This document shows, one piece after another, positions 1 through 11,996 of a DNA stretch of 60,000 nucleotides (positions are counted from its first letter, which is position 1; each line of letters opens with the position of its first letter). The stretch is taken from the NCBI RefSeq assembly GCF_018350175.1, contig NC_058382.1, positions 50,842,001 to 50,902,000 of the forward strand. Direction: 5' to 3'. The position numbers and the translations under genes were made by a program. The stretch is from Felis catus (taxonomy: Eukaryota). Under the pieces are notes generated by a model that saw only the letters and a program-made list of their open reading frames with translations, did not search any database and had not been told where the DNA came from.

Positions 1-490
1 ATATTTATAGTATGTACCCTTGAAATATTGTGATGAAAATGGTATCCTACCTCTGTGGACTTCCTCCCCACATAACCTGCACAACCCTGTCTAATCATAA
101 GAAAAGCATCAGATCATCCCAATTTAGAGACATTCTACAAAATACTTAACTGGTATCCCTAAAAACTGTCAATATTACCAAAAGCAAGGGAAGTCTGAGA
201 AGCTGTCACAGCCACGAGTAGGCTAAGGACAGAGGACTACCAAACGTAACATGGTCACCTGGATGGGACGCTGGAATAGGAAAGGACGTTAGGTAAAAAC
301 TAAGGGAGTGTGAATAGGTTAATAAAAAATGCATCGATCTTTGTCCGTTAATGTAACAAATGTACCATACTAACATACGATGTTCCTAAGAGAGGAAACG
401 GAGTATGGGCTATATGGAGATTCTCTGTACTATTTTCACAATTTTTCTCTATTGCTAAAATTGTCCTAAAAATAAATTTAATTAAAAAAT
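1..490 (+). mobile_element. Old L1 3' UTR fragment (L1MC/L1MD-like) ending in an A-rich tail
   Basis: Typical L1MC 3'-end text (…gttaatgtaacaaatgtaccatactaac…ctgtactattttcacaatt…) and tail aaaataaatttaattaaaaaa. Bases 1-190 align by eye to the reverse complement of ~17880-18080. Confidence 0.75.
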
Positions 491-1212
491 AGGCATGCAG
501 CAAATATGATTGACTTGAGAGCAAGAACTGAAGACCCCGCTGACATTTTATCCCCCGAATTGATCGGAGTGATCGAGTCTGCATTCATTAATCAGAACAT
601 AAATGAAGCTGAGTATCAGAGGATAATTTGCACATGAATACACCACTAAAGTTTCTCTCCAAGTCTGAGTCTATCTAAAAGTTTGTCCTCGCAAAACTTA
701 GAATTCTCTTATTAAGAGTAGAAATCAATTCCATTCATTTGTTTATTTTTCCAATTTTAGAAAGAATGGTGTTTGAATACATAATATAAGCATAGGCACT
801 ACTTGGTCTCGTCTCCAAGAAATGCTTCATAAAGGGGAGGGGACCAAAGTCTCCGGGTATCAGGTGAGTAGCAGATACAAGAGAAAGTCCTGTAGCCCAC
901 GGGGAGCCTGGGAGCAAAAATGAGATCTCGCAATTAAGAAAATGCCATAAAGTAAAACTGCATTTCTAGGTGAAAACCCCAATTCCCAGGGAGAATAATT
1001 ACAATGCCATGATTCTTATTAAATGTTCCAGTTACGGGGGCTTGGAGACTTCATGCCGGACATTAAGTAGGAACAAGATGCTTATTACCATGAAACCAGG
1101 TTGGCTAAAGCCCAGGTATTCTGAAGAGGCAGGATTACATTTACGTCAATATGTTTAAGTACTCTGAAAATGGCAAGCAACACAGCGTCTTTCGAAGTGT
1201 TCCACATTTTAC

Positions 1213-1468
1213 CTGTCCAAAGATTTGAACAGGGGCTCGCTGCCATTCTGTCGCTGTAATCTGGAACTGAGAGAGCAGGACCGCTGCCCAGGATGAGGGC
1301 ATTGGTGGAGACAGGGATGGATACAGAAACTCGCCTTCCCCAGCCAGCTCCTTCTGTGCACCTTATCGATGCTGCTGGGGATTTGAAGACCCTCTGAGAC
1401 ATGCTCCAAAGCACTGATGACCCAATTCCTTAGGCCAGGTGACAGGTGATAAACTAGACTTTCAACGC
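1213..1468 (-). CDS. Candidate internal coding exon (256 nt, phase 1 to 2) of an unidentified gene
   Basis: Acceptor gttctcctttgctccag|G and donor CAG|GTAAAA. Exactly one frame is open throughout (GVESLVYHLSPGLRNWVISALEHVSEGLQIPSS…RQNGSEPLFKSLDR) and it stops right after the donor. Unique, relatively GC-rich sequence; no homolog recognised. Confidence 0.4.
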
Positions 1469-2640
1469 CTGGAGCAAAGGAGAACGTGCTGGAACTGGCA
1501 CATCTCAGTGTGAGCAGGTCCAACAGAGCGCAATCCCAGGAGGATGGCAGGACAGGCAAGCTTCACCAGTCCCCAGGCCCAGGAGCCTAGGGGCTCGCTA
1601 ATTCCTGTCTCCCTGACATCTCCCATGGAAGGGAGGCAAAGCAGCAGCCCACTGTACCCCCCAGAGGAGCATGAGCTGCCGCACAACCCAGTCCCATCAA
1701 GGATGGTAGAGGCAGGGCTGGGAAGGATGCTAGAAGGGCCTGGCGGGGAGCATGAGGACAGGAGGTGTGTGCAGGTGAATGGGGTGACCCGCAAAGCACT
1801 GTGAATGACGGGAGCGGGGGGTGGGGGGGTGGCAACATTAAAGCAGCCCTCCCTCCCGACCCCGTCCTCTCCTGCACCCCTCGTCTCTGCCCCTTTTCCA
1901 CAGTAGACTCAGCTGAGTCACCAGTGGTTTCACCAGATGACTGAGTGAGTCACTGCTTTTTGGCTGCCATTCCCTAGAACAGGCTTCTATTCAACTCCCT
2001 TCTGTGCTGTGATCTGGGCTGCCAGAGCCACAGAGAGGCTCATCTCGATTCTGCTGGCCCCGTTTTATCATGCAAACCACTCTTCTGTTAACCACTTCCT
2101 CTGTAAGGGAGATGCCAGCTGGTGCGCTCCCGCCAGAGAAACTGGCTTACAACCTAAAACCCAATTTTTCTGTGTATCCAAAATGCTTCCCCAAATGTGT
2201 CCTACTTCCGCAGTGGGAACGACCGCGTTGGTCACCCCTGGCTCACCAATCGTGCCTGATATATTTAGACTATCTCACCGTCCTGGGTACATTAATTTCC
2301 ATTCCACTCGGCATCAACTTGGAAAAATTTCTCTCTTTCTATGCAGTCACTAAATTACAATGAAGCCTCACACACGACAATTGTGTATTTAGTGGTCTTA
2401 CTTGAAGAATTAGGGTTTGGGGGAGGGGAACAGAATTGGGGCATATTTAAGAACCACAAACACGACTTCAAATTCAATACCGGGCACCCACATTCTTAAA
2501 AGATCCTTTAGTGACTATTACTAGGGATTGTCCTTGAGTGTCCCACCTCCATCCAGTCCTTAGACTTCAGCCATTTGGGTGGCGTCTCTCAACTCATTTC
2601 TCTCCCTTTACTTCTTCTCACCTCCCTACTAATTAAAAAC

Positions 2641-2848
2641 AATTTTTTTTTTACTGTTTATTTTTGAGACACAGACAGAGCATGAGCGGGGAAGAGGCAG
2701 AGAGAGAGAGGGAGACGCAGAATCAGAAGCAGGCTCCAGGCTCTGAGCTGTCAGCACAGAGCCCGACGCAGGGCTCGATCTAATCAACTGCGGGATCATG
2801 ACTGGAGCGGAAGTCAGACGCTCAACAGACTGAGCCACCCAGGCGCCC
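2641..2848 (-). mobile_element. Can-SINE (felid SINEC)
   Basis: Reverse complement of head GGGCGCCTGGGTGGCTCAGTC, (CT)n tract and poly-A tail. Confidence 0.95.
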
Positions 2849-3735
2849 ACCCCCCCCCCCCCTACAAATTTTAAATATTTGCAGTTGCTTCAAGGCTGCC
2901 ATGTTGCCTGCCCCAAACACTGTCGCCAAACGGTGCTACAAATCGGTAGACATGGTGGAGACACGCCTCCAGAGCTCTGAAGGAGAAGGGGCCCTGTGCC
3001 TTTGAAAAGAAGGGTGGTCGTAAACAGGAAGTCTCTGCACCCTTTATGTTTGCAATACAGCCTTCAGGAGAAACATCTCTTAGAGACTAAGATACAAAGA
3101 AACATGTCAAAGGTCTGGCCTGTCTACCTGGGGAAGGTAATAACCGCCTTCCCCAGTTGTCTAGGGAGAGGCTGTTTTCCTTCCTGCCTCTCCCGTGAGA
3201 ACTATGTCCTTTTTAGCCTCACTACCCACTTGAACAGGTCTTTGATTAAGAGATACAAAGAGAATGCCAAACACCCTCCATCTTTCTAAAACGTAACCAG
3301 GATAGGGGTATACGGCGTTGAGAGTTTCTAAAAAAAGGACGATCCTGTTGTTTGTTACAACTGTTGCACAGCTAAATCATACTATCATTTTTCACCCTTC
3401 TTTTAAAAGAATTAGGAAAAATGGGTAGATAGATTAAAGAACAAACCACATAGTCACTCCAAAGTGGTTGCTGGAGCAAGATAAAAATCAAATCAGCAAC
3501 CGTTGCATGTAAATTAAAATACAAAGAGGAAATTCACTGCCTCTGACAATTATCTTATTTGTGGTTATTTTGTGACTTTTAAGGTAGGTTAAAAACATGA
3601 AATAACTGTAATATGTTTCTACTTAGATTTTTAAATGAAGGAGACCAGGTAGCTATATCAGAAGATATTTCAACAAGGCATATGAATTCACTGGGGAAAA
3701 AAAAATCACCAATTCTTCTCTTTAAAAATATATTT

Positions 3736-3918
3736 GGGGGCACCTGGGTGGCTCAGTTGGTGAAACGTCTGACTCCTGATTTCGGCTCAGGTCATGATCT
3801 CACAGTTCCTGAGATCCAGCCCTGAGAGGAATTCCTCTCTCTCTGTCCCTCCCCCACTCATGTCCTCTCTCTCTCTCTCTCTCTCAAAATAAATAAATAA
3901 ACTTAAAAAAAAATAAAC
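3736..3918 (+). mobile_element. Can-SINE, internally deleted
   Basis: ggggcacctgggtggctcagttgg head, central body missing, (CT)n and aaataaa tail. Confidence 0.9.
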
Positions 3919-4293
3919 ACGTATTTGGTATAGTTTTCTAAAGCACAGAAATAAATATCCGCTAAAATAGCAATTTACTCAGGATGGATGATTTTTTAAA
4001 ACGAATCCTGGCATTCTGTGCTCAGGGTTTTCGAACGCACGCTGCATTTTCACAAAACCAAAGAGCTGCTCCCGATGTTTGTGGTCAGAAACACCTAGAA
4101 TGGTAACATCAGGTACGTTGACAGTTGTTGGCCAAAATGCATCAGAATGACTCTAATTTCAAACTAAATGATTTCTTTTATGGCACAAAAAAGTTCGCTT
4201 ACTTCCCTTTTTCTGATTCTAGTTCACATTTTACCTAAGAGACCTACCCTCTATATTGGAAGAAACAGAAAAATCCCTAAGGAAAGTGCTTAC

Positions 4294-4412
4294 CCCATAA
4301 CTGCTGAGTACAAGCAGCTGACTTAGAAGGGGCACTCTCTAAAGTGCTGGGAAGATACTTGTTTCTTTTCTTACTGTAACATCGGCATTGTACGACAAGG
4401 CTACTTTTATGA
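4294..4412 (-). CDS. Weak candidate exon (119 nt, phase 2 to 1)
   Basis: Acceptor cttgttcacag|T, donor GGG|GTAAGC, open frame HKSSLVVQCRCYSKKRNKYLPSTLESAPSKSAACTQQLW. Phase-compatible with 1213-1468. Confidence 0.2.
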
Positions 4413-4982
4413 CTGTGAACAAGCCTTTCAGTAACTCAATCAGGTAATTTTAAGGGTTGTTTGTAGGGAGCTCCATTTTTTCTCATTTTAATAAGTATAT
4501 TTCTGTGCCTCTGTATTTTGACTAATGCCTCGTTTCTTTATTGTTACTCATCCCTTCGTCTTCTATCAATTACCCATTTAGAATCAAGTTGAAAATGAAG
4601 CCGAAGGGAAGGAGGACGCTATTTTAAATATATTCGTAAAAACGGCAAGGTCAATAGGTAAACGTTATTTTAAAATATGTAATGCAGAATACTGAACTTT
4701 TTTATCTTTGTGTCTAAAAATATATGGTCCATGTAGTTGCTGCTGATTGAGAGTTTTGAAAAACAGGGGGAAAGGCCAAGAGGTGGGACTGGTTGATAAA
4801 TCACCTGATTTACCAAGGGACTAGAATTTTCTACCGAAGGACAACACAGCCAAACACTCACATCTGCAGCTCAAAGTCCCTAGCACAGCTTCATTCAACA
4901 GTGATGGCTAGTAAAAAGTGGTGAATGAATGACATAATTCATTCACAAGGATATTTTCTTTTTATTTCTTTAGCAAAATCTT

Positions 4983-5179
4983 TTTCTTTAAAGTTTTTTT
5001 ATTTTGAGAGAGCAACAGCAGGGAAGGGGCAGAGACACAGGGAAAGAGAGAATCTCAAGCAGCCTCTGCACTGTCAGCACAGTGCCCGATGTGGGGCTTG
5101 AACTCATGAACGGTGTGATCATGACCTGGGTGGAAATAAAGAGGCGGACGCTTAACCGACTGAGCCACCCAAGCGCCCT
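4983..5179 (-). mobile_element. Can-SINE with 18-bp TSD
   Basis: TSD tttctttagcaaaatctt at 4965-4982 and 5181-5198, SINE body between. Confidence 0.95.
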
Positions 5180-6078
5180 GTTTCTTTAGCAAAATCTTAA
5201 CATTCTCCCTCTCTCTCACCATCTGTTCCAACTATGTGGCCTTACAAGTATGAAAGCAGTGCCATTAACTGGAGTCTTAAAGAGAAAAGGGGCATATATG
5301 AGAAGAAGGTGGTTACCATTATAGACATGGGGTAAGTCAAACACCTATCAGTAAAGCTTGCGATACGTTCAAGCAGGAGCTGGTAGTTGGAAATGTAAAA
5401 TGGGTAAAATATGAAAATGAAGGGCACACACTTCTAACATAACAGACTGTACAGGTAATGATCTAGATGTGAATACCCCAACACCACAGCTTTTAACACT
5501 ATTCTGCCGATCATTTCCCCAGGCTGAGCCTTACACCTCCACATACAGGACCACGGAGGACATAAGAACCCTCTGACAAAACGCACCCTCCGCCATGACT
5601 CATTTCTCTGGGATGGCTCAGCGATCTATTCCCACGGCTGCAGGGATGTGCGTGGGACGTTCACTGGACACAGGCTGCACCCCCAGGCTTGCAAGATTTC
5701 ACACAGATGCTCTTCTCCAGTGTGAAAATCCCCACAGACTATCCAGAGAACCTCCCTATTTAAAGTCAATAGTATCAGAGTGACTTAGATCTCCAAATGT
5801 CATTTGAAGTGACATTTAAATTATGAATGAATGGATGATAAAAAAAAAAAAGGCAGTACTGTATAGATTAGAGGCAATAAGTCTAGGTGGAGGGAGCAGC
5901 CTGCGATCAAGCCCTGAGGCATGGAACACTTGGCATGTTCAAAGAACTCAAAGGTCCTGGCGTGGATCAGGAGTGCTGACCACACAGGTGAAAATCCATG
6001 TTGGACACAGAATCGTTCTTCCAATCATGCCAGTCTGGAACTTTGTGACTTAAAACCAAGATAAAAATAAATGTTTCA

Positions 6079-6297
6079 GGGCGCCTGGGTGGCGCAGTCG
6101 GTTAAGCGTCCGACTTCAGCCAGGTCACGATCTCGCGGTCCGTGAGTTCGAGCCCCGCGTCGGGCTCTGGGCTGATGGCTCAGAGCCTGGAGCCTGTTTC
6201 CGATTCTGTGTCTCCCTCTCTCTCTGCCCTTCCCCTGTTCATGCTCTGTCTCTCTCTGTCCCAAAAATAAAAATAAACACTGAAAAAAAATTAAAAA
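6079..6297 (+). mobile_element. Young Can-SINE (SINEC_Fc1-type)
   Basis: Diagnostic ggcgcagtcgg…cagccaggtcacgatctcgcggtccgtgag…gctgatggctcag with CpGs intact. Perfect 16-bp TSD aaaaataaatgtttca. Confidence 0.95.
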
Positions 6298-6400
6298 AAA
6301 AATAAATGTTTCATTGGTGTTTTTTTATAATGCAATTTTAAAGGTGGATTTTTAAAAAATAAGGTGAATGAGGTAACCCTAATAAAAATGTAAAAACCCT

Positions 6401-6631
6401 GGGGCACCTGGGGGGCTCAGTCGGTTAAGCCTCCGACTTTGGCTCAGGTCATGATCTCACAGTTCGTGAGTTCGGGCCCCGAATTGGGCTCTGTGCTGAC
6501 AGCTCGGAGCCTGGAGCCTGCTTCCGATTCTGTGTCTCCCTCTCTCTCTACCCCTGCCCTGCTCACGCTCTGTCTCTGTCTCTCAAAAAGTGAATAAACG
6601 TTAAAAAAAAAAAAGAAAGAAAAGAAAAAAA
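6401..6631 (+). mobile_element. Can-SINE
   Basis: Full head, body and tail; TSD tgtaaaaaccct. Confidence 0.95.
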
Positions 6632-6896
6632 GTGTAAAAACCCTGAAGTCATGAAAGGGAGTCACTGATTCCCGGTTTTTAAAATGACCAACCCAAGTCA
6701 CGTGGGGTCTACATTTCTCATCTGGGCTGTTGATGCTAGACTTAACTAGCAAGCATACTTGGACCCTCTCTTCTAGTCATTCCCAACAGGTGTTCAGTAG
6801 AATGCTGATTTTTAAAAGTTAACTGGAAATTTTAAAAATAATTCCAAAGCCAAATTTTGCTCAGCATGTGCTGAGTATAAAGAAACAAATTCTCAA

Positions 6897-7098
6897 AGTG
6901 CCTGGGTGGCTCGGTCGGTTGAGCATCTGACTTTGGCTCAGGTCATGACCTCATGGTTTGTGAGTTCAAGCCCCGCGTCTGGCTCTGTGCTGACAGCTCA
7001 GAGCCCCGAGCCTGCTTTGGATTCTATGTTTCCCTCTCTCTCTGTCCCTCCCCTGCTCATATTCTGTGTCTCTCTCTCAAAAATAAAGTTAAAAAAAA
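6897..7098 (+). mobile_element. Can-SINE
   Basis: gtgcctgggtggctcggtcgg head; TSD aaattctca. Confidence 0.95.
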
Positions 7099-7754
7099 AT
7101 TCTCATCTATATACATAGAGACATTATCTTATACATAAATAATTATATAACTTATTCAGCTACTACCTTCTTTTTTTTCCTGAGCTCCCTAACAACATTA
7201 CAGCTTCAGGGGACATAATTTGGTCATTGCTGCTACAGGAGACTCAATAACGGTAAATCCCTCCTGGTACTTGTTTGCTCATTTTAAAATACTGTTTCTT
7301 TTTATATATTTTCCATTAAAATAATTATGAAGACTTAATCTTTAAGAACATAAAATGGGCTATTTAGTCCTTTAGGCATAGGAGATTAATTTGATGACTT
7401 TATTTTGGATTTTATTTCCAGTTGAGGTTTATAACTGGATGACAAAAGCCCATAATCTGGCCAAAAGCAAATGAGGGATGTGTAAAGTCAGGGAAATCTT
7501 CTCCAACAACTTTTAGAAGGGCTACTGTGTGACCTGAGGTCCTAATTTTGGATTGACCAAACTTGTATTTACTTGAATCATATCAAACGCCATACTAATT
7601 TGGCCTTATTTCACGGAACCAATTATTGTCTCAAAATAAATCACTAAAACCTCTGAAGAGAAATGCTCTTGTAATTTCTCTTGTAAATGCTCTTGAAATT
7701 TCTTCAGCATTCAAATGCTCTTGTAATTCTGAAAGATAGCGATGAATCTTTAAC

Positions 7755-7941
7755 TATTTTGAAATCGGGTAACACGCACATGTTGCCAATGTAGTTACAG
7801 AGAGTTCCTGAGTACCTGTTACCCAGCTTCTGGCCATGATAACGTATACACACAACATACTGTCAAAACCAGAAATATGATGGTGCTACATTATTACTAC
7901 TCAGGTCCAGACTTTATTTGGATTTGAATAGCTTTTACACA

Positions 7942-7943
<2 letters not shown>
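7755..7943 (-). mobile_element. Old L1 (L1MC/MD-like) 3'-end fragment
   Basis: acagagagttcc…acccagcttc…tcaaaaccagaaat…cagactttatttggattt resembles the antisense L1M 3' UTR. Confidence 0.55.
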
Positions 7944-7982
<39 letters not shown>

Positions 7983-7989
7983 CGCGCGC
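7944..7989. repeat. (TG)n microsatellite grading into (CG)n
   Basis: Directly visible. Confidence 0.95.
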
Positions 7990-8360
7990 ATGTTGTGGAG
8001 TGGGGGGAGTAGATATCTTGTAAGGAAGGATTCTATCCAGGGAGTTTTGAAAAAAGATAGCTGCTGGAAGCAAGCTAATTAGACATCCACTGCTAACAAT
8101 CTTGACCTCAATTAGGTGAAGGATTCCTAATTAAATCGTTACAGGCTTTTGTGTTAAATGGTAATTGAATGCCTAAAAGTTCTTCACAATTATATCATAT
8201 TAACAAGAATGTATTTGCATTTTTAATGCTTTATTGATTTCCAATTCATGACAGGGCTGTTAGTTTTATCTTACCACACCATTGAAAGCTTTACAAATTG
8301 TTCTTTAGGGTTGACAAGCTTAGGGAACAGGTTAAAAAAACAACAAAGTTTGTGACCCAC

Positions 8361-8431
8361 TCGGGGTTTTGCAGACTCCTGCATTTCAGCAACTCTTTGC
8401 CACAAATACCTCCACCTATTTAAATATAAAT
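8361..8431 (-). CDS. Weak candidate exon (alternative acceptors at 8431 and 8415)
   Basis: Acceptors ttcttacccacag|A or tttaaatag|G, donor CGA|GTGGGT. Open frames DLYLNRWRYLWQRVAEMQESAKPR or GGICGKELLKCRSLQNP. Confidence 0.2.
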
Positions 8432-8836
8432 CTGTGGGTAAGAAGGCAGAGGACATGGTGAAACTGGAGATATGTGGCTAGGCCACTCCCTATTTCTTAC
8501 CATTTTTATATCATGAAGCAAGACTTCTTTTATTTAGGCCTGGTTTTCAGGGGCCGCTATGAGTTGGTTTGACTAATTTAACTGTACACATGAAAACCTT
8601 AGGTTTCAATATGTCTCCTATTTACTTATTTAACATAAATTTGGGGTCAATAATGATATCTATGTTCATAAATACATATAGCATTAATTCCTCTAAAATA
8701 TTTACCCAAATCTGTTAACAATACTCTAGTACTTGATTTTATTTATTGACTCATCTTTTGCATTGGCGTTGACCAGCCCACTGACAAAAACTTGTACCAG
8801 GTGGTCAAAGCTAGACTTTTTAAAAAATCAGTCTAC

Positions 8837-9029
8837 CTACTTTACAATCAAGCACAGGCCTGAATGGATCTTTTGAACGTGAATTTAATTGGTCATTCAA
8901 AATGATGGGATTAATTTGAGAAGGCCTAAATGGATTCATGGATTTAAACAAATTGGAAAGAAGATACAACATATGAGTCTGTCTCAAATTCAGACTATTT
9001 TCTCCAGAAGTACAGTGATATATTTTCAT
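8837..9029 (-). CDS. Candidate first coding exon (MKIYHCTSGENSLNLRQTHMLYLLSNLFKSMNPFRPSQINP…VLDCK)
   Basis: ATG at 9029 (aaaATGa) in unique sequence, open to tandem donors AAA|GTAGGT (exon end 8841) and TAG|GTAGAC (exon end 8837), with a stop shortly after. Confidence 0.25.
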
Positions 9030-9450
9030 TTTTTAATGTCAAAAGCAATTTCAGAACCAAATATTGTTGTGAAAATGTATCTCTTCCCCCAAATAATCCA
9101 CCATGCCCCACCTTCCACCATCTTCCTTCATGCTGTGTTACACGCTATTTGTAGATTTCAGGGTCTTTTCAACTTGATTTTAGGAAGGGTATTTTCATAG
9201 ATTATGCATTCCAGAGGCACCGCGTGCATTACTCACCTATATATGAGGGTACATTCCTTACCCGTATATTAGATTCGTCATCTGTTATAAGCCTCTGAAG
9301 CAGAGTCTTAGAAATCGGAGAGCTACGCACTTGAATACATTAACAAATGTAAACACAACATTTTTCTTAATCTTTTTTCATTAATGTCTCCTGGGACTCT
9401 GTGAGATAATGGAGGTTACACTAAATCAATCAGAAATTTTAAAATTAAAA

Positions 9451-9479
9451 AGAATTTTTTTAAGCGTTTATTCAATTTT

Positions 9480-9515
<36 letters not shown>

Positions 9516-9669
9516 CAGAGCATGAGGGAGGGAGGGGTAGACAGAGAGGGAGACACAGGATCTGTTCCAGGCTCTGGGTTGCTGGATGTGGGGCTCGAAC
9601 CCACGAAATGCAAGATCATGATCTGAACCGAAGTCAGACACCCAACCGACTTAGCCACCCAGGCGCCCC
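9451..9669 (-). mobile_element. Can-SINE
   Basis: Reverse-complement head ends aggcgcccc; (GA)n; TSD ~cagaaattt(t)aaaatt. Confidence 0.95.
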
Positions 9670-9753
9670 AGAAATTTAAAATTTTTTAAAAAGGAAAAAT
9701 CTTTGCAAATACGTCCTGGAGAAAAACATTGGCTTGAAATGAGCAATTCTTAC

Positions 9754-9837
9754 CTAATGTGTCAGTTAGGTGAATGCACACCTTCAATCATCAAGCAGAC
9801 AGGTAATGCTAACTCTTCTGCTGTCAGCCATAAAATA
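9754..9837 (-). other. Candidate non-coding (5' UTR or lncRNA) exon
   Basis: Acceptor tctttcatcctttctgtcgttag|T, donor TAG|GTAAGA, stops in all three frames. Confidence 0.2.
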
Positions 9838-11007
9838 CTAACGACAGAAAGGATGAAAGAGTTAAATTAAAAGTTTGCTCTAGGGTATGTATTTCAAGTT
9901 CCTAATATCATTTGGGGGAATACAAATATTTTCTTGAAATTATTCTGATATGGTTAACAGTGAACAATTTTATTCAGATATAACTGGAAGTGAACAATAA
10001 CAAATCAGCAAACATAATTCATGACAAGAGGGTCTCGAAAATACAGTGAACAAAGGGTGATCTTACCTCTTGTCTCCCACAGCAAACAGCCTGGAATGTT
10101 AAACTTTCACCTACTTAATTTCCCTCTTTCCTAGTATTTGATGCACTAACAGCCCTATACAAATTCAAGTCCTTGAAAAGTACTTTAAAATATTTAATAT
10201 TGGTCACAGAGTATTAATCTACCAAAAAAAAATCAATATTCCTATTGATGTGTCCCTGTTAATCTGGTCTGCTCTTTGTGAACACTTACACAGTAAAATT
10301 CTGTCATAAGATCCTATGTTATGCACTCATCTATATTAGGAACAGTCCATTTCAATATTTCTACATTCCTGCTCATGGAATCATAGAACAGGAGGATTGA
10401 GATACTTCAGACGTAACATAGCTGAGTCCACCATAATGGATTCAGGATACAGATGGTAATTATTTCCCCAAATTTCACCATAACAAGGGCATATATGTAT
10501 TTTCCAACTATTTTGCACTTCACCACTTTTACCAAATAAATGATTGAGCAGTTACTGCCAGACATTTCACACCATAGTTTTCAAATCAGTGACTATATCC
10601 TCGGTCTATCCAAATTGGGGCATCAACAAAGTGTGCCAGGCTCTGTTTATGAGCCTCCCCTGATCTGCTTAGCCAAGCTGGCCTTGTCTTTTTGTCCTGT
10701 TTTGCACACAGAAAGACCCCCAAGAACCACCTGTACCATTCTCGTGGCCTTAAGTATCATCGCATCCTAAACAACTGTTGTGTGGTATTCCTCAAAGGGT
10801 TAAAGGCTAGAGTCTGCTATAGCCTGTATCCTGTGTGACATCTCTTCCATGTTTTCCAACCCTCTGAATCTCTACACTACACCTGCATAGTTTCTCCAGA
10901 CTTTTTAGCCCTAACACTACTTCTGTTTTCATGGGTCTAATCTTTTTTTTCAACTCATCCATTTAATTTTTAAAGCCAGTGATATAGTTTTCAATATGTG
11001 TTTTCAA

Positions 11008-11817
11008 AATCCACTACCGGCTATTTATTCAAAGAAAACAAAAACAATAATTCAAAAAGATATATGCTTCCTATGTTCAACGTAGCACTGTTTATGGCAG
11101 CCAAGGTACGGAGGTAATCCAAGTGTCCATCCATAGACAAATGGATAAAGAACATGTGAGTCGGTTAAGCCGCCAACTTTGACTCAGGTCATATTCTCAC
11201 GGTTCATGAGTTTGAGCAAGACGTCGGGCTCTCTGCTGTCAGCACAGAGCCTGCTTCAGATCCTCTGTGCCCCTCCCCTCCCCTGCTTGCTTGCTCTCTC
11301 TCACTCTCAAAAATAAATACACACTAAAAAAAAAGATATGATAAACACACACACAATGGAATATTATTCAGCCATAAACAAGAATGAGACCTTGCCATTT
11401 GTGACAAGGTGGATGGACCTAAAGTCTATTACACTAAGTGAAATAAGTCAGACAGAAAAAAGACAAATACCATATGGTTTCACTTACACATGGAATCTAA
11501 AACACAAGACAAATGAATAAACAAAAAACAAATGAATAAACAAACAAAAAACATATACAGAAAACAAACTAGGGGGGGAGAAGGAAAGGGCACAGTGGGT
11601 GAAAAGGAGTGAAAGATACAGGGCTTCCCATTATGGAATGAATGAGTCACGGGAATAAAAAGGTACAGCATAGGGAATATAGTCAATGACACTGTAACAG
11701 CGATGTATGGTGACAGAAGGTAGTTACAATTGTGGTGAACAGAGCATAATATAGAGAGTGGTTGAATCACTATTGTACACCTGAAACTAATGTACCACTG
11801 TCAACTATACTCAAATT
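11008..11817 (+). mobile_element. 5'-truncated L1 (end of ORF2 plus 3' UTR), carnivore-type, interrupted by a SINE
   Basis: ORF2 C-terminal remnant (HTMEYYSAINKNETLPFVTRWMDLKSITLSEISQ) and 3' UTR ending tgtacacctgaaactaatgt…caactatactcaa. Confidence 0.9.
11159..11334 (+). mobile_element. 5'-truncated Can-SINE nested in L1
   Basis: Starts at agtcggttaagc; L1 sequence resumes after the poly-A. Confidence 0.9.
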
Positions 11818-11835
11818 TAAGAATTTTCTTTTGAG

Positions 11836-11948
11836 TGACTGGTGGCTCAGTCGGTTAAGCATCTGACTTTGGCTCAGGTCATAATCACATGGTTCGTTAA
11901 TTCAAGTCCTGCATTTGTAAACTTGAGCCCCGCTTTAGGTGAGCCCCG

Positions 11949-11996
<48 letters not shown>

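Noticed and set aside
1230..1330. LHQC…RQNG resemblance to the RORA isoform-2 exon derived from an antisense cytochrome c pseudogene
   Set aside because: Only two 4-residue matches with different spacing, and the + strand does not read as cytochrome c. Treated as coincidence.
11338..11520. ORF resembling a real protein
   Set aside because: It is the decayed C-terminus of L1 ORF2p in a truncated, SINE-interrupted copy.
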